From: a phage
Sequence record: PZ445451.1
Direction: 5' to 3' (one strand)
DNA: 64,000 nucleotides
In this document: positions 43,734 through 52,814 of the stretch, piece by piece
Position numbering within the stretch: position 1 is the stretch's first letter
How the letters are laid out: each line of letters starts with the position of its first letter
Translations under genes and position numbers: made by a program
The notes under the pieces: model-generated
What the model was told of the DNA's origin: nothing
Seen by the model: the letters and a program-made list of their open reading frames with translations, nothing else
Database searches by the model: none

Positions 43734-44342
43734 TTATACCAGACTTTTAAGGTACTTGTCAAGGGCTTCTTGATCACCTTGACAAACATAGCAACGGAAG
43801 TCTTGAGCAGAAGGTTCTTTGTCCTCGTCCCAATCCCAATAAACCGTACCTTTATAACGTGAACCTGGGAACTCGAAATATGCTGTATGAGTAATATGAT
43901 GTGGGCCACCCCAAAACTGTGTAAAAGTAAATTGAGGATACGCTGCTTTAACTGTATTTTCAAACCAAGTTTTACGATCTAATGCTTCGTTTATAAAATA
44001 AGCATGGCGTTCCATTTCATCCCAGTTTTTCCAAACGCATTTTTCATCCAGAGAAAAAACAAAATCTTCACTGTTGAATTCATCTGTATCTTCCAAAGTA
44101 TCATAATCATGTGCACTAGGTATCCACCATCCAGCTTCTAATAGTGCTTTCACGGGTACAAAACCTTTTTCAGCATATTGATCAAATTCTTTTACTCTAC
44201 GTACAGTGCAGTATTCATCTTCACCACCAATGTCCAGTAGACAAGCGCCTCTGCGTCTTGCTGCAAGACCATGTGTATCAAAAACTACAACGCTACCTTC
44301 ACCATCTTCACGATCTACTTGATATGCAACTTTTTGAGTCAT
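43734..44342 (-). CDS. Hypothetical protein (202 aa)
   Basis: Track ORF. Confidence 0.55.
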   Translation of the reverse strand: MTQKVAYQVDREDGEGSVVVFDTHGLAARRRGACLLDIGGEDEYCTVRRVKEFDQYAEKGFVPVKALLEAGWWIPSAHDYDTLEDTDEFNSEDFVFSLDEKCVWKNWDEMERHAYFINEALDRKTWFENTVKAAYPQFTFTQFWGGPHHITHTAYFEFPGSRYKGTVYWDWDEDKEPSAQDFRCYVCQGDQEALDKYLKSLV

Positions 44343-44343
44343 A

Positions 44344-44466
44344 TTACCCCCAATGTATATGGGAAATTACCCAAAAGATAAATTCCCAAAAACACCAACC
44401 AAGAAAAGTTAATGGAATTATAAAAGCTATCAGAGCAGTCTTCCAGCCTTTCCACAATGTTTCCAT
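44344..44466 (-). CDS. Small hydrophobic peptide (40 aa, METLWKGWKTALIAFIIPLTFLGWCFWEFIFWVISHIHWG)
   Basis: Manual ORF; start overlaps stop of methyltransferase gene (TAATG), stop 2 nt before next ATG. Confidence 0.35.
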   Translation of the reverse strand: METLWKGWKTALIAFIIPLTFLGWCFWEFIFWVISHIHWG

Positions 44467-45455
44467 TATTCCCCCATAGATTTAAGAATATGTGCAATGA
44501 CAGGTATAGTCCAACCGTTGCCTAACATCTTATATGCTTGTGTGTTACTACTCACTTTAAAGTAATCATCTGGAACACCTTGTAAGCGGCAACACTCTTT
44601 AACCGTTAACTTTCTATAATGTACGCCTTCACTCAATTTTTCAAAGGCATCTAGATATTTTCCAGGTGGAATGTAAGCTAGTAGTACGTCTTTAGGCACA
44701 GTCGTGAGGCAACGAGTTTTTTCACTGTCCTGAACTTCCAAACAATGTACCAAACGATCAGTTTTAGATGTACTACGTTTGCCATTTTCATTAATTCTAC
44801 GCCCATATATTGCTGCCGGATAAAAAACCAGTTGTCTGCGACTCTTTTCAAAATACTGTTCTATATTACCACCTTTGGCATAATTTGCATCTATGCAATA
44901 AGCCTTATCTCTGTCTACAATACTATCATCTTCAATGATATCTTGCAACACTTCATTGGTAATATTCCAAGGTTTTATTTCCCAATTGCACCAGTATAAA
45001 CGTTGCCTATTCTGTGCAGTGAAATCTGCGGAGTTAATGAATACGGGATCAACACCTAAGTAACTTGTGATCACGTTTTCCCACTCCACCTTCATCTTAA
45101 CGTTCTCAAGCATGAACTTAACATTAGGGTTAAACTTTTTAATATGTTCAAGAATTTCAACATACTCAAAGAACAGTTTAGATCGCGGATCTTGAAAGTT
45201 CAAACCCTTACCAGAAGAAGAGAAGCCTTGGCACGGGCTACCACCTAACAAAAGATCAATTTCTCCCCACGGGATATTCCATTCTCTCCATTTTGTAACA
45301 TCACCTAATTGAACAATATCTGGAAAATTGGCTTGGCTTTCAGCTATGGCAAATTTGTCTAATTCTGAAGCATAATACTTATCTACTTCAATACCTGCGC
45401 TTTTTAGTGCAAGCATTCCTCCTGACATACCATCAAAAAGACTTAAAACTTTCAT
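44466..45455 (-). CDS. DNA (cytosine-5)-methyltransferase
   Basis: Track ORF; motif I LSLFDGMSGG, motif IV GGSPCQGFS, motif VI FMLENVK, motif VIII QNRQR, motif X GNGWTIPVIAHI. Confidence 0.85.
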   Translation of the reverse strand: MKVLSLFDGMSGGMLALKSAGIEVDKYYASELDKFAIAESQANFPDIVQLGDVTKWREWNIPWGEIDLLLGGSPCQGFSSSGKGLNFQDPRSKLFFEYVEILEHIKKFNPNVKFMLENVKMKVEWENVITSYLGVDPVFINSADFTAQNRQRLYWCNWEIKPWNITNEVLQDIIEDDSIVDRDKAYCIDANYAKGGNIEQYFEKSRRQLVFYPAAIYGRRINENGKRSTSKTDRLVHCLEVQDSEKTRCLTTVPKDVLLAYIPPGKYLDAFEKLSEGVHYRKLTVKECCRLQGVPDDYFKVSSNTQAYKMLGNGWTIPVIAHILKSMGE

Positions 45456-45868
45456 TATTGCTTCTTCTCCTTAACACTAGCTGGTAACTCTACCTTGAGG
45501 CAGAAGTTTAAACGGTAAGCCTCATTCTCATTTAAAAGTACAGATTCACACGATAACCAGAACAAGAGATCCTCAATACCAGGGCTGTTAAGCCAACAGT
45601 GCAGAAGAGAATGTTGTTCTATATCAATGTAATTTAGTAACAAGGCTTGTAAGGCATAACTAGTTCCTGTCGTTTTTGCTTTTTCAAGGATGATATTGTG
45701 TTTACTAACAACTTTCTTCCTAAGACCAAACCATTTATTAACAACAACAGTCTCCTCTTGTAGTTGTTTTCTTATTTTCTCACATTCTTTAACTACAATC
45801 TGCATCTTATCCACTGCTGATTGAAGTTGTTCTTTTGTTGGGTTTACAAAATAGTCACTATAGTACAT
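45455..45868 (-). CDS. Hypothetical protein (137 aa)
   Basis: Track ORF. Confidence 0.5.
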   Translation of the reverse strand: MYYSDYFVNPTKEQLQSAVDKMQIVVKECEKIRKQLQEETVVVNKWFGLRKKVVSKHNIILEKAKTTGTSYALQALLLNYIDIEQHSLLHCWLNSPGIEDLLFWLSCESVLLNENEAYRLNFCLKVELPASVKEKKQ

Positions 45869-45925
45869 GCTAATCTTCTCCTCTTCTGTTTTTCTGTAGT
45901 TTATTTGAAAAAACTGGTCTTGTCA

Positions 45926-45952
45926 ACAAAAAACCCGCCGAAGCGGGTTTAT
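45926..45952 (-). terminator. Rho-independent terminator (CCCGC-TTCG-GCGGG-TTTTTTGTT on minus strand)
   Basis: Seen directly. Confidence 0.6.
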
Positions 45953-45953
45953 A

Positions 45954-46211
45954 TTATTCTACAGGAACTTCTTCACCAAGAGAAACTTCTAAACGGAATG
46001 CTTTACTTTCAATACACTCACTACCTTTTAGAAAATCAAATTGCACTATAGACTGACTTAATAGAATAGATAGAATCACATCGCAATCTTCACTAGGAGC
46101 TAGATGTTTGTATTCTTCCTTCAAGGTAACATCATAAAAACATAAATCCCCTACTCCTAGTTCATCCCATCCTTCCCACGCATCTACAAAGTTAAACTCT
46201 AAACCTTTCAT
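45954..46211 (-). CDS. Hypothetical protein (85 aa)
   Basis: Track ORF. Confidence 0.5.
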   Translation of the reverse strand: MKGLEFNFVDAWEGWDELGVGDLCFYDVTLKEEYKHLAPSEDCDVILSILLSQSIVQFDFLKGSECIESKAFRLEVSLGEEVPVE

Positions 46212-46732
46212 ACAACCTCCTCGTAATTGTTATTGTGTTTTACTGTCTCAACATACAATAAAGATTCCATCTGTAATACATTACCAGAAATAATAAACCC
46301 ATAAGCCATTTCAGATGTGTCTATATCATATGCCCCGTCTTCCGGTTTAGCAAAGTGTAAAACTATTTCATCTGGGTTTTCTTCATCCCATATTTTAGAA
46401 ATTTTTCGAACCAGAATATTAGCTAAAATAGTTGACATTCGGGATAAAGCTGTATCCTCGTATCTTTTAAAACCTAACCAATAGAGGTTAAGAATTTCTA
46501 CTTCTTCTTGTGTTAAGTTTTTGTCTAAAGTAATCAGATCTGTAGGATACATCGTTTTTGTTGAACCTACTATTACAAAACCTGGAGTGTTATGAAAAAC
46601 AATCTTAACTTTATCACGTATGAAGTTTAAACCTTGTGCCTCAACTATATATTGTATTGTAGGTACAATATCGTTTGTTACATCAATAAAGCTATCTTTA
46701 ATGACGCTTATATTATTTCTGGACAAGACCAT
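46208..46732 (-). CDS. Hypothetical protein (174 aa)
   Basis: Track ORF. Confidence 0.55.
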   Translation of the reverse strand: MVLSRNNISVIKDSFIDVTNDIVPTIQYIVEAQGLNFIRDKVKIVFHNTPGFVIVGSTKTMYPTDLITLDKNLTQEEVEILNLYWLGFKRYEDTALSRMSTILANILVRKISKIWDEENPDEIVLHFAKPEDGAYDIDTSEMAYGFIISGNVLQMESLLYVETVKHNNNYEEVV

Positions 46733-47291
46733 TCTCCTCTAAAATAGGTTTAATAAATTCGAAGATTTGTTTTTTACTTTTACCTCGAATATTAAAACAA
46801 GGAACATTAAACTTTTTAGCCAACATCCAAGCTGTTCTTGTACCACCTAAAGGATCTCCATTTTTATCTGTATTTGCACAAGCTAAAAGAAAACAAGATG
46901 GTTTTGGATTCTCAAGATCTCTGCCAAGAACTTGGTGGATATTTCTTTGATGTAATTTTTTAGCACCTTGAGATAATCTGTCCCAAGCTGGATGCAATTC
47001 TTTTGCATATTGCAAGGTTAGAGCATAGTTTACACTATCTGGTCTGTCAAGAACAATAACCTCTCCTTCTATCTCATTACCTTTAAACGAAGGCCAAGGA
47101 ATGTATATTTCTTTCTTTGTATTGTTTCCACTATCATATACCCCGCATTCAAATGCGGAATCTGCACCTTCTGCTTTACCAGATCGCAAAATGAACCATG
47201 TAGATAACCATTTTGCAACAGCTACCATAGTGTCCCATTCTTCGTCTGTAATATCTCTGCTACCAACACCTGTGTAGAATAAATCGCTCAT
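46713..47291 (-). CDS. DprA/Smf-like (SLOG superfamily) Rossmann-fold protein
   Basis: Track ORF; start moved to MSDLFYTGVGSRD (AAGGAG SD). YTGVGSRDIT..LRSGKAEGADSAFECG resembles DprA core (GSR..Y...SG.A.GID.A.H). Confidence 0.55.
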   Translation of the reverse strand: MSDLFYTGVGSRDITDEEWDTMVAVAKWLSTWFILRSGKAEGADSAFECGVYDSGNNTKKEIYIPWPSFKGNEIEGEVIVLDRPDSVNYALTLQYAKELHPAWDRLSQGAKKLHQRNIHQVLGRDLENPKPSCFLLACANTDKNGDPLGGTRTAWMLAKKFNVPCFNIRGKSKKQIFEFIKPILEENGLVQK

Positions 47292-47301
47292 GGTTTTCTC
47301 C

Positions 47302-47622
47302 TTAACAAGTAATATTGGGAATAATACTGGGAGTAACAATTGGAGTAATAGGGTACGTAAACCAAGGGCTTCCAATTTCCCAAGGACTATAAGGTGTACG
47401 AGGATCAAATGGAGGCGTTACTTGAGGCTTTTTCCAAATCTCCGCTAGTTGTTTCTTCCATTTATCCCTTGCTGTATCGTTATCTTCATCCAACTGTTCG
47501 TCATTATCTTTTATTTCTGATTTTGGAAATAAAAGCTCTTTGACTAACTCAACGTCTTCCGTTTCAATAGTAGTTTCTTTCGTAATATTCCCTACCGTCT
47601 CTTTAATTGTGACTTTATACAT
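47302..47622 (-). CDS. Hypothetical protein (106 aa)
   Basis: Track ORF. Confidence 0.5.
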   Translation of the reverse strand: MYKVTIKETVGNITKETTIETEDVELVKELLFPKSEIKDNDEQLDEDNDTARDKWKKQLAEIWKKPQVTPPFDPRTPYSPWEIGSPWFTYPITPIVTPSIIPNITC

Positions 47623-48368
47623 TAGTCCTCCTCTAAAGTAGAATAAAATTGTAACGTATTTGAATCATCAAAATATGCAAAGGTTAAATTACCATTGAAG
47701 CAAGATCCTGTATCCATATATACCCTATTACTGCTAATTACAGGTTTAGGAACATAAGAATGCCCGTGAAATACATAATCTACTCCTGAAACTCTAGGAA
47801 GAAGAATCCCTTCAAGGGCGCAATCTATCATATCACGATCCCACATTAAAGATTCTGTGAATCGAGATACTTGCTCTTTATTCATATTCAAACAAAATGG
47901 CAAAACTTCTGTCACTGGTAAATGTTCCAAAACTGAAGGATACCCACCGTGAATAAAGCCTAGTTTCATATCACGATAATTGACAACAAGTACAACAGGT
48001 AAATCTTCTAGCATCAAAGCAAGAGCAGTTGCACCCTCTTCTCCACACTCGTCTAGAACTGTATGGCCTCCGTTCTGAAACCAACATTCGTAATATCGTC
48101 TATCACCTTCTAGCAACCCTTTAATCATCATATCTTCATGATTTCCACGAATACCATAACGATTTAGCTTTCTGGTGAATTCAACAACACAACGAAAATT
48201 CTGCTTGCCGCGATCTGTAAGATCTCCTAAAGATACAACAACATCTTGATCTCGGATACCTAAAGTATTAACACCTTTCTGGTACAAATCAAAGCAACCA
48301 TGTAAATCACCAATAATAAACAGGTCTTGATCATCTTTTACACTAATTTCTTGATATACTAGCATCAA
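47622..48368 (-). CDS. Ser/Thr protein phosphatase (PPP/metallophosphoesterase family, lambda-PPase-like)
   Basis: Track ORF; GDLHG, GDLTDRG, GNHE motifs in canonical order. Confidence 0.8.
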   Translation of the reverse strand: MMLVYQEISVKDDQDLFIIGDLHGCFDLYQKGVNTLGIRDQDVVVSLGDLTDRGKQNFRCVVEFTRKLNRYGIRGNHEDMMIKGLLEGDRRYYECWFQNGGHTVLDECGEEGATALALMLEDLPVVLVVNYRDMKLGFIHGGYPSVLEHLPVTEVLPFCLNMNKEQVSRFTESLMWDRDMIDCALEGILLPRVSGVDYVFHGHSYVPKPVISSNRVYMDTGSCFNGNLTFAYFDDSNTLQFYSTLEED

Positions 48369-48691
48369 CTCTCCTCAAAATCCATAAGTATAAAGATATT
48401 AACTTTACCTTCTATATTATGTTCTACAACAAGATCTGCAAATTCTTTGTAGGCTTTTTCTTCTATTTGTTCAATGTGAGACGCTACATCTTTGTATATA
48501 GCGTCACCATCTACTTTAACAAGGAGGAATAGAGATCTTACTTCAATCTCTTTATTTTTACGGGGTAGAAAATCGACGGCTTCTTGTATACGCCAGCCGA
48601 GATACCCTGGAGTCCTTTGAATATCCTCCAAATGACTTTCTAAGATTTCCCTTCCTTTGTCTATTAAAGCCTGTTCTGTCGTTATTTTCAT
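48365..48691 (-). CDS. Hypothetical protein (108 aa)
   Basis: Track ORF. Confidence 0.5.
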   Translation of the reverse strand: MKITTEQALIDKGREILESHLEDIQRTPGYLGWRIQEAVDFLPRKNKEIEVRSLFLLVKVDGDAIYKDVASHIEQIEEKAYKEFADLVVEHNIEGKVNIFILMDFEES

Positions 48692-48701
48692 CCCCTTCTC
48701 C

Positions 48702-49274
48702 TTAATGTGTTAATGAAACTGCATAACTAAACACAGGTTCAGATATTACATCGGCTACAGTAATAAAAACGTCCTCGTCTTGCGTTGTTTCTACACGACA
48801 TACAGTTACACCATTTACCACGAATTCAACGCAATGTGGAATATCTTCACAAACGAAGGTAGTGTAAGTAACACCCAAAGCATCATACAAAGATTTAACA
48901 GTGTTTGCAAGTGCCGCAGTTTCTTCTTTTTCTGAGACAATGAATGCTGTAACAATAAGATTGTTTGCATAGTTTAGACTGTCCTCTATAGCCAATGATT
49001 TACAAGGTAGTAATGCAAAATATTTACCTGGTTTAATCAGACCTGCTTCCCATTGATTCAAAATTGCCTGGGATGGTTTAGTAATATAAAATAGATTTTC
49101 ACTTGGGTTATCAATATTACTTCTGGCGATACAACGTGAAGGATTATTAATATCAAATACATGATCAAAATCTACACAAACAGGTAAACTGAAAGGTGTA
49201 AATTTTTTACCTAATAATCCTATGGCTGATAATATGTTTGCTGTGCTTATCTTCCCGTTAAAAGCTAAACGCAT
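48702..49274 (-). CDS. Hypothetical protein (190 aa)
   Basis: Track ORF. Confidence 0.55.
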   Translation of the reverse strand: MRLAFNGKISTANILSAIGLLGKKFTPFSLPVCVDFDHVFDINNPSRCIARSNIDNPSENLFYITKPSQAILNQWEAGLIKPGKYFALLPCKSLAIEDSLNYANNLIVTAFIVSEKEETAALANTVKSLYDALGVTYTTFVCEDIPHCVEFVVNGVTVCRVETTQDEDVFITVADVISEPVFSYAVSLTH

Positions 49275-49285
49275 ATTTAACTCCT

Positions 49286-49489
49286 TTAACTAGCGACCGT
49301 AACTTCCGAACTTTCTTCTTTCGTACTGTCTACGATATGCCTGGTGGCAATATACGAGACTTGCCAGTTACCATCTGGTGTAGTCTCAATAAGTACCCTA
49401 TCTACTTCGAGAAAATGCAAAAATTCCACCATCGCTCGCTTCGATAGGAATTGTTTTTTAACAGTCTCCTCAAAAGATTGAACTGCCAT
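49286..49489 (-). CDS. Hypothetical protein (67 aa)
   Basis: Track ORF. Confidence 0.5.
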   Translation of the reverse strand: MAVQSFEETVKKQFLSKRAMVEFLHFLEVDRVLIETTPDGNWQVSYIATRHIVDSTKEESSEVTVAS

Positions 49490-49498
49490 GTTTCCTCC

Positions 49499-50161
49499 TT
49501 ATTTAATATTCAATTTTGCACAAAGACGTTGTACCGCTTTGGCATCGAACAAACTCCCACGAATAGTTCTCTTTCCTGATTCATTCAGATGCTTTGCAAT
49601 CGTCATATATGGCGTTTTACAAGCTCTGTATGCAACTAAAGAATCTTTTAAAGAAAGCGCAAACTCTCTTGAGCGTTTTGCTTCTTCCGTTTTCGTATAG
49701 TCTGTTCTTTTGTATTTAGGGTTTGCTGCACCAAGAAGCGTTCCCTTCGCTTTTGCTACCTTAAGGCTCTTCTTAACACGATCAGATATTGCACGAGCCT
49801 CTTCTTCTGCCAGAACTGCTAAAATATTTATTATCATATTTTCAGCGGAGGGCATAGTTGCTATTCGTACATTAATCATCTCTAACAAGGTTGCAACAGA
49901 AGCTGTGTTACGTCCAAGACGGTCAACCTTAGCAACAACAAGTGTAGCACCTGTTTCTTTGCAAAGATTAACAGCTTTTACAAGCTCTCTACGTTGCTTC
50001 CAATCGCCTTTACCCGAATAAAACTCTGCAAAGCTACCTACAATAGTATAATTTTCTTGTGAATCCAGGAAGCGTTGAATATCTGCTTCCTGTGATTCTA
50101 TACCATACTGGTTGCCTTGTTGTTTCTTCTTAGAAAGTCGATGATATAGTACAAACTTCAT
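49499..50161 (-). CDS. Small serine recombinase (resolvase/invertase family) with C-terminal HTH
   Basis: Track ORF; N-terminal YHRLSKKKQ (catalytic Ser), VAKVDRLGRN, EEEARAISDRVK, C-terminal HTH ..YMTIAKHLNESGKRTIRGSLF. Confidence 0.8.
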   Translation of the reverse strand: MKFVLYHRLSKKKQQGNQYGIESQEADIQRFLDSQENYTIVGSFAEFYSGKGDWKQRRELVKAVNLCKETGATLVVAKVDRLGRNTASVATLLEMINVRIATMPSAENMIINILAVLAEEEARAISDRVKKSLKVAKAKGTLLGAANPKYKRTDYTKTEEAKRSREFALSLKDSLVAYRACKTPYMTIAKHLNESGKRTIRGSLFDAKAVQRLCAKLNIK

Positions 50162-50218
50162 AATACCCTCCTGTTCTGTTACAGGAAGTATGCACTACCT
50201 TAATGTTAAAGTCAACAG

Positions 50219-50434
50219 TTAAGTAGTGGTAATATCATCCTCTTGAATACCAGGGTCAACTTCTGCAAAGATAGCCTCTACAGGAATTTCTTCACCTGCT
50301 ATTCTAGAAAGAAGCACTGAACCAATAGCTTTTGCGTGTTCTTCGGATTCCGCATAAACATTAGTTCCTGTGTCTTTTTTCTTAGTTTCGTTAAAATATA
50401 CCAGATAGTAATTGTATGCCATTATTCTTCCCAA
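50219..50434 (-). CDS. Hypothetical protein (71 aa)
   Basis: Track ORF. Confidence 0.5.
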   Translation of the reverse strand: MGRIMAYNYYLVYFNETKKKDTGTNVYAESEEHAKAIGSVLLSRIAGEEIPVEAIFAEVDPGIQEDDITTT

Positions 50435-50673
50435 TCGTTGTTACGAGCACTTTCAAGAACCTTGACAACTTCTGCATACTCTACAGCTAAACCAGCACAC
50501 ACTTCAGCTTGTTTTGCAATTGCTTGTTTAAAGAACATAGCGATTGCAACACTCTGTGTTGTGTGAATGTTATCTGCTTTAGTTGATACATGAAGATCAA
50601 AATCTTCTTCATCAAAGGTGAGTTCCATAGTAACAATAAATTTCTCGGTCATAAAAATGCTCCTCTTAAACAA
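50422..50673 (-). CDS. Hypothetical protein (83 aa)
   Basis: Track ORF. Confidence 0.5.
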   Translation of the reverse strand: MFKRSIFMTEKFIVTMELTFDEEDFDLHVSTKADNIHTTQSVAIAMFFKQAIAKQAEVCAGLAVEYAEVVKVLESARNNDWEE

Positions 50674-51175
50674 AATAGAAAGGTTGAGTTAAACCCAGCC
50701 TGTTTTTTGGGTCGTAGACGTACCAAGCATATGCTGTCTTATCAGTACCACCTGCAACAAAAGATGGTCGTTCAGCAAGAACAATCAAATTTGTTGGTGG
50801 ATTCTGTTTATGGAATTCCCTTCGTTTAATAGACTCTAGGAACCCAAGACGCAACAAGTATATGCAAACGTCTGCTTCTTTTAAGCTCTTTTGCAAGAAC
50901 TCAAGTGCAAGTCTGAATGGTGGATTTGTGATTATAATATCCGGCTTAGTATGCCATTCGTGGTTAAAATAATCCTTCCCTTCTTCTAACTCACAATATT
51001 CTGATCCTTCTGGAAAATGTTGATAAATTGCAGCAGCAGCGCCTTTACACGGTTCTGCAAAAATAAAACCTTCTTCTTTAAGGTTATTAAAATCTATTAC
51101 ACTAAATAATGCATTTATACATTTTTGTGGAGTAGGATAGTAATCAGTTGGTGGACGATCATACTTATTTGCCAC
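50666..51175 (-). CDS. Putative DNA amino-methyltransferase (N6-adenine or N4-cytosine)
   Basis: Track ORF; DYYPTP near N-terminus, AdoMet-like FAEPCKGAAAA, catalytic IIITNPPF (D/N-PP-F/Y) motif. Confidence 0.65.
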   Translation of the reverse strand: MANKYDRPPTDYYPTPQKCINALFSVIDFNNLKEEGFIFAEPCKGAAAAIYQHFPEGSEYCELEEGKDYFNHEWHTKPDIIITNPPFRLALEFLQKSLKEADVCIYLLRLGFLESIKRREFHKQNPPTNLIVLAERPSFVAGGTDKTAYAWYVYDPKNRLGLTQPFYFV

Positions 51176-51593
51176 TATTTAAAATCTCCTCTTTTGTGAT
51201 TTCAGGGTTTTCTTCAAAAACCATAATATCTCTTAAGAACGTTAATTCTTCCATAGATACTGGTATTGTATCTTCTTCTGTTTTTCGTTTACATAAATCG
51301 TCAAGAAAGTTTTTAACGCTTTCTGACACATCGTAAAATTTCAACAGTTGATAATCACAGGAGAAGATCCTATCTAGTTCTAACATTCTTTCTAAGATAT
51401 TTTCTGTGTTGCCGTACAACACACGAACCTCTCCGAAAGGGTTGACTAAATATTGTGAATTTCTGAACCATCCCTTTTTAGATACAGTGTAACGCTGTTC
51501 TGCTAAACTTTCAATAAAATTTTTAGCCCTTTTACAGTTTTGTTCTAAAGAGTAGTAGGCTTTTTCTACAAAGATTACAGGTACTGGTAACAT
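51165..51593 (-). CDS. Hypothetical protein (142 aa)
   Basis: Track ORF. Confidence 0.5.
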   Translation of the reverse strand: MLPVPVIFVEKAYYSLEQNCKRAKNFIESLAEQRYTVSKKGWFRNSQYLVNPFGEVRVLYGNTENILERMLELDRIFSCDYQLLKFYDVSESVKNFLDDLCKRKTEEDTIPVSMEELTFLRDIMVFEENPEITKEEILNSGK

Positions 51594-51633
51594 ATCTCCT
51601 CCTAATAACCCCCGTGAGGGGGTTTATGTTAGA

Positions 51634-52287
51634 TTAATTATCAGAGGATACTTTATCAAGTTTTTCAGAGACTGTCAATACTTTTTCTTGTGATTCTTTC
51701 ATTTCTGCTAAAATACTTTCAGCTTCATCACTATCAGGATCACCAGTCAACAGCATACTAATTAGTTGCTCCTTGCTGAAGTTCAGAATATCTTCCGCTG
51801 TTAGCTCCAGTTGTTCTTCAATCTCTTCGACAAAAGTTTCACCGCCTGAAAAAGCATCTCGTAGTTTTGCAACTTCCATCGCTTCTTCTGGGGTTGCCCC
51901 AGCGTCTAAAGCTGCTAAAGCAAAATCTGCCCCACTACCAACAGCATAGTAATCTTCAGTTAAAGGATATGCTCGCGTTGGATTATTACCCTCGTGCATA
52001 TAAATTTTACCGTCTGGGTGAACAACCAATGCCACAAACTCTTCATCTTCTTTATCAGGATCTGACTGGATCACCAAACCTGGGATTGTCTCTTGTGCTG
52101 CCTGGCACTGTAAGTTTTGTTCGAACCAAGAAAAGAAAGTCAGGATAGAAGACAGACGTCCTGCACCACCAACAAGGTAATCCCCAATTTTACGCACTTT
52201 CTTAAAATTTAAAGTGTCTACTCGATTACCTACTGTTACTTTACCGTCAGATAGAATTTTGTTATGTGTTGCAATAATTGTTGTCAT
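51634..52287 (-). CDS. HslV-like / proteasome beta-type Ntn-hydrolase peptidase with acidic C-terminal extension
   Basis: Track ORF; MTTIIATHNKILSDGKVTVGNRV..KKVRKIGDYLVGGAG..AVGSGADFALAALDAG parallels E. coli HslV (MTTIVSVRR..GDGQATLGNTV..KKVRRL..AGFAG..AIGSGGPYA), N-terminal Thr after Met. Confidence 0.7.
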   Translation of the reverse strand: MTTIIATHNKILSDGKVTVGNRVDTLNFKKVRKIGDYLVGGAGRLSSILTFFSWFEQNLQCQAAQETIPGLVIQSDPDKEDEEFVALVVHPDGKIYMHEGNNPTRAYPLTEDYYAVGSGADFALAALDAGATPEEAMEVAKLRDAFSGGETFVEEIEEQLELTAEDILNFSKEQLISMLLTGDPDSDEAESILAEMKESQEKVLTVSEKLDKVSSDN

Positions 52288-52778
52288 TGTACTTCCTCCT
52301 GTAGTGTTTTAAGGACTGCTTTACCACCGCTTACATACTTACGGAGGTAATCAATAGCTCTTAGTGTTTCTTTATCCACAAGAATTTTATTAGTTCTTGT
52401 CAATGGATGATTCAGTAAGTCACTGCAATTTCTTACTAACATAGATTTCTTGTGAAAGATACTGCTAAGAAAAAGAAGTTTAGAATCTTCTTCATCAATC
52501 AGGAGTAATTCTGAATTAGACCCAGCTACATTTATTATACACTCAAACAAGCCTTCTTGACTATCAGATAATTCCTGGTAATATTTAGTTAGCCAATCCT
52601 CTCCTTTTAACCAACTAAAAAACATCTGAACTTTTTGCAAAGTTGTCATGTTCTCTAAACGAAGAGATATTTCTTTTTCAATCTTGTCAATATAAATCTG
52701 TCTAAACTCATTCGGCTTAACTAAGCCAGCTTGATAGCATTCATCAATACCATTGCGATCAATCTCAATTAGCGTCAT
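52284..52778 (-). CDS. Hypothetical protein (164 aa)
   Basis: Track ORF. Confidence 0.5.
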   Translation of the reverse strand: MTLIEIDRNGIDECYQAGLVKPNEFRQIYIDKIEKEISLRLENMTTLQKVQMFFSWLKGEDWLTKYYQELSDSQEGLFECIINVAGSNSELLLIDEEDSKLLFLSSIFHKKSMLVRNCSDLLNHPLTRTNKILVDKETLRAIDYLRKYVSGGKAVLKTLQEEVQ

Positions 52779-52814
52779 TTAACCTCCATAATAGGCATCC
52801 TTGCCTTGTAATTA

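Noticed and set aside
49499-50161. Prophage integrase / temperate lifestyle
   Set aside because: The recombinase is a small (220 aa) resolvase/invertase-type enzyme, not a large serine or tyrosine integrase; no repressor or attachment-site features; gene content (NrdABD, lysozyme, PhoH, early promoters) is that of a virulent phage
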